From Planctomycetota bacterium (GTDB lineage: Bacteria > Planctomycetota > B15-G4 > JADJEK01), in the NCBI GenBank assembly GCA_044225365.1, contig JBGAIQ010000067.1:1-28273 (forward strand): DNA of 28,273 nt, read 5' to 3'. The notes under the pieces were generated by a model. The model was not told the DNA's origin. It did no database searches and saw nothing but the letters and a program-made list of their open reading frames with translations. Shown in pieces: positions 17,574 through 25,527 of the stretch. Position 1 is the stretch's first letter. Every line of letters begins with the position of its first letter. The position numbers were made by a program, and so were the translations under genes.

Positions 17574-18277
17574 GATGGGATCCTCGATGCCTGCGAGACT
17601 CTCGGTTCGTCCGGTCCTCCGGGTCCACCCGGGCCGCTCTCTTTCGTATCGTCGCTCCTCGTACCCGACCATTTCCTTCCCGGCGGAGCGGGGCCCGAAT
17701 GGTCGGGTCCCGGACCGGAGGGACGGACGGTCGCTCTTTCCGACCTTCCAAGCTCTTCCAGTTGTTTCAATTGATCCATCAGGCGCCCGCGCGCCCGGTG
17801 GATCCACGTCGCAACCGTGCCCGGCGGGCAGGAGAGCGACGCGGCGATGTCTTCGTAGCGGAAGCCCTCGACGTGCAGCAGGAACGCCGCTCGTTCGCGG
17901 GGTGGCAACGCCTTGAGGGCGCGCCGTACGTCGTCCGCGACTTCCGCGTCTCCGGCTCCGAGATCGGTCGTTGCGAGATCGCCAGGTGAGAAAGTCTCCC
18001 TCACGAGTCGCCGCAACCGATTCTTCGCACTCATCGCCTCGCGCACGGCGATCTTGAACATCCAGGTCTTGAAGCTCGCCCGGAACTCGAAACTCTCGAG
18101 CCGCCGGTACACGTTCCACCAGACCTCTTGCGCCACGTCTTCGGCCAGATGGCGATCCATCACGAGACCGGAGACGAGCCGCAGCAGCGCGCGATGATGA
18201 CGCTTCACGACCTCGTCGAAACGGGAAGGAGCCCCCGCCAGGACCGCCCGGATCGCGGGCGCGTCGGGATCTTCCAC
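17570..18277 (-). CDS. ECF-type RNA polymerase sigma factor with Pro/Gly-rich C-terminal extension
   Basis: Region 2 LAEDVAQEVWWNVYRRLESFEFRASFKTWMFKIA; region 4 LPPRERAAFLLHVEGFRYEDIAASLSCPPGTVATWIHRAR. Confidence 0.93.
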   Translation of the reverse strand: MEDPDAPAIRAVLAGAPSRFDEVVKRHHRALLRLVSGLVMDRHLAEDVAQEVWWNVYRRLESFEFRASFKTWMFKIAVREAMSAKNRLRRLVRETFSPGDLATTDLGAGDAEVADDVRRALKALPPRERAAFLLHVEGFRYEDIAASLSCPPGTVATWIHRARGRLMDQLKQLEELGRSERATVRPSGPGPDHSGPAPPGRKWSGTRSDDTKESGPGGPGGPDEPRVSQASRIPS

Positions 18278-18492
18278 GACGCGACGATCCTGAGGAACAG
18301 TCAGGCGAACCTCCTCGGCACGTTCGATTCGCTCGGCCGGAACTCACCCCGGCGCCGGAAATGCCATCCGCAGTACGGGGCAATGGAGCCCTCGAAGGGG
18401 CCTGTTTCTTTCAGCACTTTCCGATTCTTCGTGAAAAGGCGCCGCAGGACCGGAGGAAGGCTCGGCAGACCGAGAACGACCGAACGCAGGGA

Positions 18493-19494
18493 TTATCGCA
18501 CACCGACGCCGAATTGGCTCGCCAGGGTCGCCTGCAAGAGCTTCGCCACCTTGGCGTTGGCGACTCCGTTCGGATGGGAATCGAATGGGTTGGCCCAAAG
18601 GGTCGCGAGTTCCTCGTCCTGGGCGAAGGCATCCCCGAGGTCGACACAGGGCAGCGCGAGTTCCTTCGCCGTCAGCCTCGCCGCCTCGTCGATCACCCGG
18701 AACGGGTTGCGGTCGAGGCGGAGGAGATGGGGATAGATCGCCACGAGCAGCGGCACGTGCGCGGCCTGGCAGTCGGTCATGATGCGATGCAGTCCGATCC
18801 GGACTCGTTCGCGACCCCCCTGCTCGAAACTGTTCAGCACCGACCCGACCCAGCCGTTCGATTGTTCGCCGAACACCGATCGGACGAGCGCGCGGCCGCG
18901 CATGCCGAGCCATTGCAATGTCGCCGAGCGCAGCGGATATTCGCCGAGCGTGTCGATGCGCGCATCGGCCGGGATGTTGCCCGACTGCAGGTTGACCTCG
19001 ACGTCGTTGAAGATGAACACGTAGACGACGACATCGGGCTTCAGCGGCAGCACCTTCGACTCGAGGATCGCCGCCACGTTCTCGATGTTGTAGCCGGGGA
19101 CGCCGCAGTCGAGCGCGACGGCATTCACGTGCGACGCCTTCCAGAGCCGCTCGAGCTGCGCGGGAAACGTGTCGGAGAATTCGATCGCGTTGCCGAACGT
19201 CACCGAATCCCCGACGAACGCGACGCGAGTGAGCCCCGGTTCGGGCGCTCGGAACTCGCCTCCCCGAAATCCCGACGAATTGGTCGAGATCTCGATGCCC
19301 TTGTAGAGCGTGGTGAACGACGGTCGTAGTTCGTGCGAGAGTCCATGGACTTTCGAAGGCACGAAAGGCGTCGTCCCGCAGAGCGGCACGATCCGCCGCA
19401 GTGCGACTTCCGCGATGCAAAAGCCGATCGCGAGCGGCGCGAGCGCGAGCAGGAGCCGGAGGACGAGGGGAGCGCGGGGTGGAGCGCCGTTCAT
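18493..19494 (-). CDS. Membrane-anchored SGNH/GDSL hydrolase-family protein
   Basis: N-terminal TM; NSSGFRG; block I FVGDSVTFG; block II GVPGYN; block III FIFND; block V DSHPN. Confidence 0.9.
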   Translation of the reverse strand: MNGAPPRAPLVLRLLLALAPLAIGFCIAEVALRRIVPLCGTTPFVPSKVHGLSHELRPSFTTLYKGIEISTNSSGFRGGEFRAPEPGLTRVAFVGDSVTFGNAIEFSDTFPAQLERLWKASHVNAVALDCGVPGYNIENVAAILESKVLPLKPDVVVYVFIFNDVEVNLQSGNIPADARIDTLGEYPLRSATLQWLGMRGRALVRSVFGEQSNGWVGSVLNSFEQGGRERVRIGLHRIMTDCQAAHVPLLVAIYPHLLRLDRNPFRVIDEAARLTAKELALPCVDLGDAFAQDEELATLWANPFDSHPNGVANAKVAKLLQATLASQFGVGVR

Positions 19495-19516
19495 GGGCGC
19501 GATCAGGCCGGGCGAC

Positions 19517-21619
19517 TCAGCCGTCCTTCTTCTTGGCGCCGCCCTGGATCTCTACGACGAGTTCGTGCGCGCCGTAGATCTTCTCGAGGGCCTCGATGAT
19601 CCCGCCGCAGTGCACCGACAGCGAGCGGTCCGCCCCATTCGCGTAGACGAGGTCGTTCGCGAGGCTCTGGACGTTGCCGTCGAACACGAGGCCCACGATC
19701 TCACCCGCGCGATTCAGCGTCGGGCTTCCCGAGTTGCCGCCCGTGATGTCGCAGGTGTGCACGAAATCGAGCGGCGTGCTGAGATCGAGATCCTTCTCGT
19801 GCGCGAGCACGCTCTTCGGCAGGTGGAACGGCGGCTTGCCATCGAACGCGTGGAAGCGCTCGAACAGGCCATAGAACGTCGTCTTCCACGGCACGAGCGT
19901 GGTGTCCTCGGAGTAACCGCGCACGGTTCCGTACGCGAGACGCAATGTGAACGTCGCGTCGGGATAGACCGTGTTGCCGTAGATCTGGAAGCGCGCTTGC
20001 GCGATCTTTCCGGCCGCGTCGGAGGTGACGGCGCTGGCCTCGTCCTGCTTCTTGATCAGCTCGCGCAGCATCGGATCGACCTTGCGCGCGAGGACGATGA
20101 GAGGATCCTCGCACTTGTCGACCGCCGCTTTGCCGCCGTCGACGAGCGCCTTGCGGAACTCGGGGTCCATCAGCTTCGTTCCAGCGACGATCCGCTTCGC
20201 GACCGCCGCGGGCGAGTCGCCGCCGAGCGCGGCCTGGACGAACCCGTCGTCCGAGCCGAGGTTCTCCGCCGCGAGTTCGAAACCGGTGCGGAGCATCGTC
20301 TCTTCGAGGCCGGGGTAGATCGGCGCGGTCGAAAAGAGATCGAGCCGAGTCGAGTCGAGACTGGAATCGCGATACTGCGGCAGACGTTCGCCGTTCGGCT
20401 TCGTGATCTCGTTGACGAGTCGAACGATCGACAATGCGTGACCCGCGAGCGCGCCCTGCATGCGGCGGAACGCGCGCTGCTGGTCGCTCATGGCGTTGTC
20501 GCGCTGCACCTTCTCGATGACCTCGAAGGCGTCTCCGACCGACTTGCTCAGCTTCTCGTTCGCCTGGATCGTGGTGCGCAGCTCCTGCTCGGACTGTTTC
20601 TTGTGAGTCATCAACTCGGGATCGCGCAAGCCGACGAGTTCACCGGTATAGGCCTTGCGCGAGTTCTCGATCCCGAAGAGGGCTTCTGCCGCTTGACGGC
20701 GCGCCTCCTCGCTCGTCCGCCCGAACTCGTTGAGCGCATCGGAGAGACGCGTGAGGATCGCGAGCGACCGCGGACGGCCGACATCGCGCAGATACTCGAC
20801 CTGGGCGTAGGTGCGAAGGCGTTCCGTCGAGCCGGGATGTCCCGAAGTGAAGACGAGATCGCCTTCCTTCAGGCCGTTCGAATTCCACTTCAGGAAGTTC
20901 GGCGTCGCCGCCGGCTTGCCGTCCTCGTACACGCGGAAGAGCGCGAAATCGAGGTTGTAGCGCGGGTACGTGAAGTTGTCGGGATCGCCGCCGAAGTAGC
21001 CGACCGCGACCTCGGGCGCGAACGCGAGTCGGACGTCGGTGTATTGCTTGTACTGGTAGAGCCAGTACTCGCCGCCGCGATAGAGCGCAACGACGTTGCT
21101 GCGCAGGCCGTTCTGCTTGCGCGCGTCGTTCTCGATGCGGCTCGTCGCCGCGCGGCGCGCCGCCGCGGACTGCTCGGGTGTCATCCCGTCCTTCACCGCG
21201 GACTTCACCTGCTCGGTGACGTCGGCCATCGAGACGAGGACGTTGAGCTCGAGATCGGGGCACTTCAATTCGTCGGCCTGCGTCTTCGCATGGAAGCCGT
21301 TGTCGAGGAAGTCCGAGACGTCGCTCGACAGCTTGTGGATCGATTCCGATGCCACGTGATGATTCGTGAGCACGAGTCCGTTGCCCGAGATGAAGGAGCC
21401 CGAACCGCCAGAGTTGAAGCGGACGGACGACAGGCGCACGTGGTCGAGCCACTCCTGCGTCAGGTCGAAGCCGTACTCGTCCTTCAGCTTCTTCACCGGC
21501 GGGTTGTGGAACGTCCACATCCCTTCATCGCCGAGTGCGACGCACGAGATCCCGAACACGCACAACGTGGCGAGCTTCACCGTGATCGATGCGAAAGGCG
21601 AACGGGCGGCGGTCTTCAT
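19517..21619 (-). CDS. S46-family dipeptidyl peptidase (DPP7/DAP BII-like), exported
   Basis: ATG 21619 with AGGAG SD; signal peptide then DEGMW; TNHHV (His); YPRYNLDF (Asp); DITGGNSGSP (Ser); GLVFDGN. The ORF-track extension to 22321 is antisense to the cyclophilin gene. Confidence 0.95.
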   Translation of the reverse strand: MKTAARSPFASITVKLATLCVFGISCVALGDEGMWTFHNPPVKKLKDEYGFDLTQEWLDHVRLSSVRFNSGGSGSFISGNGLVLTNHHVASESIHKLSSDVSDFLDNGFHAKTQADELKCPDLELNVLVSMADVTEQVKSAVKDGMTPEQSAAARRAATSRIENDARKQNGLRSNVVALYRGGEYWLYQYKQYTDVRLAFAPEVAVGYFGGDPDNFTYPRYNLDFALFRVYEDGKPAATPNFLKWNSNGLKEGDLVFTSGHPGSTERLRTYAQVEYLRDVGRPRSLAILTRLSDALNEFGRTSEEARRQAAEALFGIENSRKAYTGELVGLRDPELMTHKKQSEQELRTTIQANEKLSKSVGDAFEVIEKVQRDNAMSDQQRAFRRMQGALAGHALSIVRLVNEITKPNGERLPQYRDSSLDSTRLDLFSTAPIYPGLEETMLRTGFELAAENLGSDDGFVQAALGGDSPAAVAKRIVAGTKLMDPEFRKALVDGGKAAVDKCEDPLIVLARKVDPMLRELIKKQDEASAVTSDAAGKIAQARFQIYGNTVYPDATFTLRLAYGTVRGYSEDTTLVPWKTTFYGLFERFHAFDGKPPFHLPKSVLAHEKDLDLSTPLDFVHTCDITGGNSGSPTLNRAGEIVGLVFDGNVQSLANDLVYANGADRSLSVHCGGIIEALEKIYGAHELVVEIQGGAKKKDG

Positions 21620-21808
21620 GCGGCGACTCCTGCGGAAGCGAGGGAACCGAGCAGAATACCGATTTGCGCTGCGATCGTTGGGACTTCGCGGTGCGAAACC
21701 GTGCGCTTTTTCGATTGATCGCGGACGCGAATTGCCGTTGCATCGCGCGAAATACCGTTGCCTGCGGCCGACGCCATCGACACGCAGTAGGAATCCGAGG
21801 ACACGCGC

Positions 21809-22600
21809 ATGAAGCTCTCGACGACGCTCGTCGCTCTCTCCCTTCTCTTCGCTGGAAGCACGTTTGCGCAGGATGGAAAGGCCGAAGCACCGAAGGCCGA
21901 CGACAAGAAGCCGGCGGCCGAAGCACCGAAGACCGAGAAGACGGACGCAAAGGCAACGAGCGATGCGGCGATCGACCAGATCAAGAAGTTCATCGTCGAG
22001 AGCGGCGCGAAGATCGACAAGTCGAAGCCCGACTGGAAGTCGCATCTGCCGAAGCCGCCGAAGCTGACCTTCGACGCGAAGAACGATTACTTCTGGAACA
22101 TCACGACGAACTTCGGCGAGATCAAGGCGCGCTTCTATCCCGAGGCCGCGCCGATGCACGTCTCGAACGCGATCTTCCTCTCGCAGGTCGGTTTCTACGA
22201 CGGCTTGTTGTTCCATCGCGTGATCCCGGGATTCATGGCGCAGGGCGGCGATCCCGATGGGCGTGGCACCGGCGGCCCGGGGTACACCATCGACCTCGAG
22301 GTGAATCCGAAGTTCCTCCACACCAAGCGCGGCATCCTCTCGATGGCCCGCAAGCAGGATCCGAACTCCGCGGGCAGCCAGTTCTTCATCACGTTCGGCG
22401 CGACGAAGAGTCTCGACAACGGGTACTCGGTGTTCGGCGAAGTGGTCGAGGGCATCAAGGTGCTCGACGAACTCGAAAAGCGCGGCTCGGCGAGTGGCGC
22501 GACCTCGGAGAAGCTGCAGATCACCAAGGCGACGATCAGCGTCGCGCCGAAGGCCGAAGCTGAGACGGCCCCGCCTGCCCCCGCCACCAAGAAGGACTGA
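21809..22600 (+). CDS. Cyclophilin-type peptidyl-prolyl cis-trans isomerase, exported
   Basis: GAGG SD; signal peptide MKLSTTLVALSLLFAGSTFA; FYDGLLFHRVIPGFMAQGGDP; GILSMAR; SAGSQFFIT; YSVFGEVVEG. Confidence 0.95.
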   Translation: MKLSTTLVALSLLFAGSTFAQDGKAEAPKADDKKPAAEAPKTEKTDAKATSDAAIDQIKKFIVESGAKIDKSKPDWKSHLPKPPKLTFDAKNDYFWNITTNFGEIKARFYPEAAPMHVSNAIFLSQVGFYDGLLFHRVIPGFMAQGGDPDGRGTGGPGYTIDLEVNPKFLHTKRGILSMARKQDPNSAGSQFFITFGATKSLDNGYSVFGEVVEGIKVLDELEKRGSASGATSEKLQITKATISVAPKAEAETAPPAPATKKD

Positions 22601-22652
22601 GCGTCCGCGCGATTCCCTGCTTCGTTCCTCTCACGTCGTGGAGTCCCCTCGA

Positions 22653-23234
22653 ATGCCTCTCGAAGCGATCAAGAAGTTCATCGGTGAGAACGCCAGCAAG
22701 ATCGACAAGTCGAAGTCGAGCTGGAAGACGCAGCTACCCAAGCCGCCGCAACTGACCTTCGACAAGGCGAAACAGTACTTCTGGACGATCACGACGAACC
22801 TCGGCGAGATCAAGGTCCGCCTGATGCCCGACGTGGCGCCGATGCACGTGTCGAGCACGATCTATCTCGCCGAACTCGGGTTCTACGACGATCAGATCTT
22901 CCATCGGGTGATCACGGGCTTCATGGCGCAGGGCGGCGATCCGCTCGGCAAGGGTTTCGGCGGCCCGGGATATCAATACGCGGGCGAGTTCGACCCCAAG
23001 GTGAAGCACACCAAGGGCGGGCTGCTCTCGATGGCGAACGCCGGCCCGGGCACCGACGGGAGTCAGTTCTTCCTGACCTTCGTCGCGACTCCCTGGCTCG
23101 ACGGCAAGCACACGATCTTCGGCGAGATCGTCGAGGGGCTCGATGTCCTCAAGCAACTCGAAGCGCGCGGCTCTCAATCGGGCACCCCGAAGGAGAGGCT
23201 CGCGATGGTGAAGACGAAGATCACCGTCGTCTAG
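22653..23234 (+). CDS. Cyclophilin-type peptidyl-prolyl cis-trans isomerase, cytoplasmic
   Basis: ATG 22653 after GGAG; no signal peptide; FHRVITGFMAQGGDP; LSMANAGPGTDGSQFFLT; WLDGKHTIFG. Confidence 0.95.
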   Translation: MPLEAIKKFIGENASKIDKSKSSWKTQLPKPPQLTFDKAKQYFWTITTNLGEIKVRLMPDVAPMHVSSTIYLAELGFYDDQIFHRVITGFMAQGGDPLGKGFGGPGYQYAGEFDPKVKHTKGGLLSMANAGPGTDGSQFFLTFVATPWLDGKHTIFGEIVEGLDVLKQLEARGSQSGTPKERLAMVKTKITVV

Positions 23235-23244
23235 GGACGCACGC

Positions 23245-23422
23245 CCCCATCCGGTTTCCGGGGACCGCCGCGCTCCAGCGCGGCTTCGGTCGTCGCCGGT
23301 TCGAAAGGGAAGACGGGCCGACAGCCGCCCTACGAACCCCATCCGGGACCGCCGCGCTGCAGCGCGGCTTCGGTCGTCGCCGGTTCGAAAGGGAAGACGG
23401 GCAGACAGCCGTCGGCCCCTAC
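23245..23422. repeat. Tandem duplicated composite REP-like element (2 copies)
   Basis: 67-nt core at 23261-23327 and 23345-23411 with 2 mismatches. Each has a GCCGCGCT-SC-AGCGCGGC palindrome (23267-23284, 23351-23368) and ends in a minus-strand GTAG-initiated hairpin, complete at 23399-23422 and 5 nt shorter at 23315-23333. Confidence 0.85.
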
Positions 23423-23476
23423 GGCACCACCCCACCAACGGCCCGCGCGACTTTTTACGTAACGTCTGCAAAAAAC

Positions 23477-23512
23477 GGAAACGCGAACCCCTTCGCGTCG
23501 TTCTGTTATCCT
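23477..23512 (+). promoter_or_regulatory. Candidate promoter(s) of the first zincin gene
   Basis: GGAAAC-N16-CGTT (ECF-like, 23477-23502) preceded by an A-tract; immediately followed by TGnTATCCT (extended -10-like, 23504-23512). Confidence 0.4.
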
Positions 23513-23581
23513 CTGCAGTCGCGCAGGTCGGAGAAGAGTCGCAGCCTTGGATCGCGACGTGGCTGCATACGGGATGGTGTC

Positions 23582-25372
23582 ATGAAGAAGCTGGTCTTCC
23601 TCGCCTTGAGTATCGGGTCGGTCGTCCTTGCCCAGTTCTGCCTCGCACGGGGCGCCGGCAAACTGTACCGCGACCCCGCTTACAAGTTCTCGATCCACTG
23701 GTTCTCGGATTGGGAGCAGCTTCCGCCCGAAGCCGGCCAGAAGGTCGTCGTCGCCAAGTTCCACGATCCCGCCGACAAGGGCCGCATCGTCGCGACCGAG
23801 ATCGAGGTCTACCGGGTCTCGACGTCGAAGGGCGGCGAGACGCCCGTCACCGGCGGCGACAAGCCGCTCGACAAGGATCAATTGAAGGAGCTCGCGCAGG
23901 ACTACTTCGGGCCGAAGGACGCGTTCACGGCGATGACGCAGTTCCTGCGCGTTCCGAAGGGCCAGAAGCTCCCGGACAAGGACAAGGACGCGAAGCCGGT
24001 CGACTCCGCCGATGGAATCCACGGCAAGATGTACAGCTTCGAGGTCAATCTCGCGGGAGAGGAGAAGATCACCTACGGCACGGTGAAGGACTACACGTAC
24101 TTCGCCGTCATGGCGGTCTTCGCCAAGGACAACATCGAATACGGCATCAAGGCGATGTGTCCCACGCGCGATCGCAAGAAGTACGAGGCCGACTACAAGT
24201 CGGTGATGAAGACCTTCAAGGTTTTCGACGACCAGGCAAAGGACGTTCAATCGCTCGACGTGCTGAAGGACGTCAAGATCTCGGCCGCGCGGCGCCAGGA
24301 GATCGAGCGCCAGATGATCAAGGGCTGGGGCGTGATGATTAGCCCCAAGAAGAACTACGTCGTGATCTACAACACGCAGCGAGGAAAGAACAAGGAACTC
24401 GCCACGACGATCTCCGACCGCATCGAGAAGATTCGCGAGAGGGTTTACGAAAGCAAATTCCCCCCGGCGCAGCCGATCGATGCCGTCTCTGTCATCCGCA
24501 TCTGCAAGGACGAAGCCGAGTATCACGGTTACGGCGGACCGGGCGGATCGGCGGGTTATTGGAACTCGGGAACCGAAGAGCTCGTGTTCTACGACATGAG
24601 CAAGAGCAAGAAGGTCGACGAGAACACGCTCTCGGTCCTCTATCACGAGGCCTTCCACCAGTACATCTACTACAGCGTCGGCAACGTTGCGCCGCATAGC
24701 TGGTTCAACGAGGGGCATGGCGACTACTTCGCCGGCTCGAAGTACACCAACGGCAAGTTCGACATCGGCCCCTTCAAGTGGCGCATCGGCACCGTGAAGA
24801 ACGCGATCCGCGAAGGCGCGCGGCAGAAGACGGTGACGAAGGACGCGAAGGGCAATGAGGTCGTCTCCTGGACCAACAAGGGCTACACGCCGCTCAAGGA
24901 CCTCGTCGCGTTCTCGCAGGGTGATTACTACTCGTACCCGGGCGTGAGCTACGCGCAGGGATGGAGCATCATCTACTTCCTCCGGGAGCGAGTGCCGAAG
25001 AACCCGGCCTGGAACGCGAAGTGGGGCAAGATCCTCGACGTGTACTTCAACACGTTGAAGGACGACGTGAACAAGACGGGCAAGCTGCAGCGCGGCGGGC
25101 TGGTCGATCCGAAGAAGCCCGGTCCCGACGATCCGGGCAAGGGCGGCGGCGATGACCCGGGCAAGGGTGGCGGCGATGATCCCGGCAAGGGCGGCGACGG
25201 CGATGGCGATGGCCCCGACGAGCCCGAGAAGGATCCCGGACTGCCCCCCGAACAGGACGGATTCTCCACGCCGAGCGCTCTCCAACACGCCCTCGATGCT
25301 GCCTTCAAAGGCATCGATTGGGACGAGTTCGAGAAGGCCTGGAAGGACGAGATCCTGAAGATCAGCGGCTGA
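23582..25372 (+). CDS. Exported DUF1570-like HExxH zinc metallopeptidase with possible N-terminal PsbP/DcrB-like domain
   Basis: Signal peptide MKKLVFLALSIGSVVLAQFCLA; GSAGYWN...ELVFYD; VLYHEAFHQY...WFNEGHGDYF; YAQGWSIIYFL. N-terminal region YRDPAYKFSIHWFSDW...SVMKTFKV. Confidence 0.85.
   Translation: MKKLVFLALSIGSVVLAQFCLARGAGKLYRDPAYKFSIHWFSDWEQLPPEAGQKVVVAKFHDPADKGRIVATEIEVYRVSTSKGGETPVTGGDKPLDKDQLKELAQDYFGPKDAFTAMTQFLRVPKGQKLPDKDKDAKPVDSADGIHGKMYSFEVNLAGEEKITYGTVKDYTYFAVMAVFAKDNIEYGIKAMCPTRDRKKYEADYKSVMKTFKVFDDQAKDVQSLDVLKDVKISAARRQEIERQMIKGWGVMISPKKNYVVIYNTQRGKNKELATTISDRIEKIRERVYESKFPPAQPIDAVSVIRICKDEAEYHGYGGPGGSAGYWNSGTEELVFYDMSKSKKVDENTLSVLYHEAFHQYIYYSVGNVAPHSWFNEGHGDYFAGSKYTNGKFDIGPFKWRIGTVKNAIREGARQKTVTKDAKGNEVVSWTNKGYTPLKDLVAFSQGDYYSYPGVSYAQGWSIIYFLRERVPKNPAWNAKWGKILDVYFNTLKDDVNKTGKLQRGGLVDPKKPGPDDPGKGGGDDPGKGGGDDPGKGGDGDGDGPDEPEKDPGLPPEQDGFSTPSALQHALDAAFKGIDWDEFEKAWKDEILKISG
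25127..25198 (+). repeat. Intragenic 24-bp tandem repeat x3 encoding DDPGKGG(G/D)
   Basis: gacgatccgggcaagggcggcggc / gatgacccgggcaagggtggcggc / gatgatcccggcaagggcggcgac; differences mostly synonymous. Confidence 0.9.
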
Positions 25373-25396
25373 CCCACGAAGCGGTCGAGTTCGAGC

Positions 25397-25438
25397 GAAA
25401 CGGCTCGCGGCGAAGAGTTCGTCGCGAGCCGTTTCTTT
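25397..25438 (+). terminator. Intrinsic terminator after the first zincin gene
   Basis: GAAACGGCTCGCGGCGAA-GAG-TTCGTCGCGAGCCGTTTC followed by TTT; one G-U pair; 24 nt after the stop codon. Confidence 0.75.
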
Positions 25439-25527
25439 GACCGATCGATGGGAACCTCCGCGCGAGCCGACGAGGACCGCGCGTATGCTCTAATCCCGCA
25501 TCGCCCCCCGCAAGAGCGATCCCCACC

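Noticed and set aside
19310-21718. 802-aa plus-strand ORF
   Set aside because: Antisense shadow of the S46 peptidase gene.
21620-21808. Sigma70 promoter in the divergent S46/cyclophilin gap (TTGCCG-N15-TACCGT)
   Set aside because: Poor consensus and short spacer; not supportable without TSS data.
12508-22653. Long N-terminal extensions in the ORF track (starts 13521, 17751, 18383, 22321, 22494)
   Set aside because: Each overlaps a neighbouring real gene; shorter starts with SD sequences or stop/start overlaps fit better.
23245-23422. Possible mini CRISPR array
   Set aside because: Only two units, a 67-nt repeat, no unique spacer of normal length and no cas genes; it fits REP-like elements.
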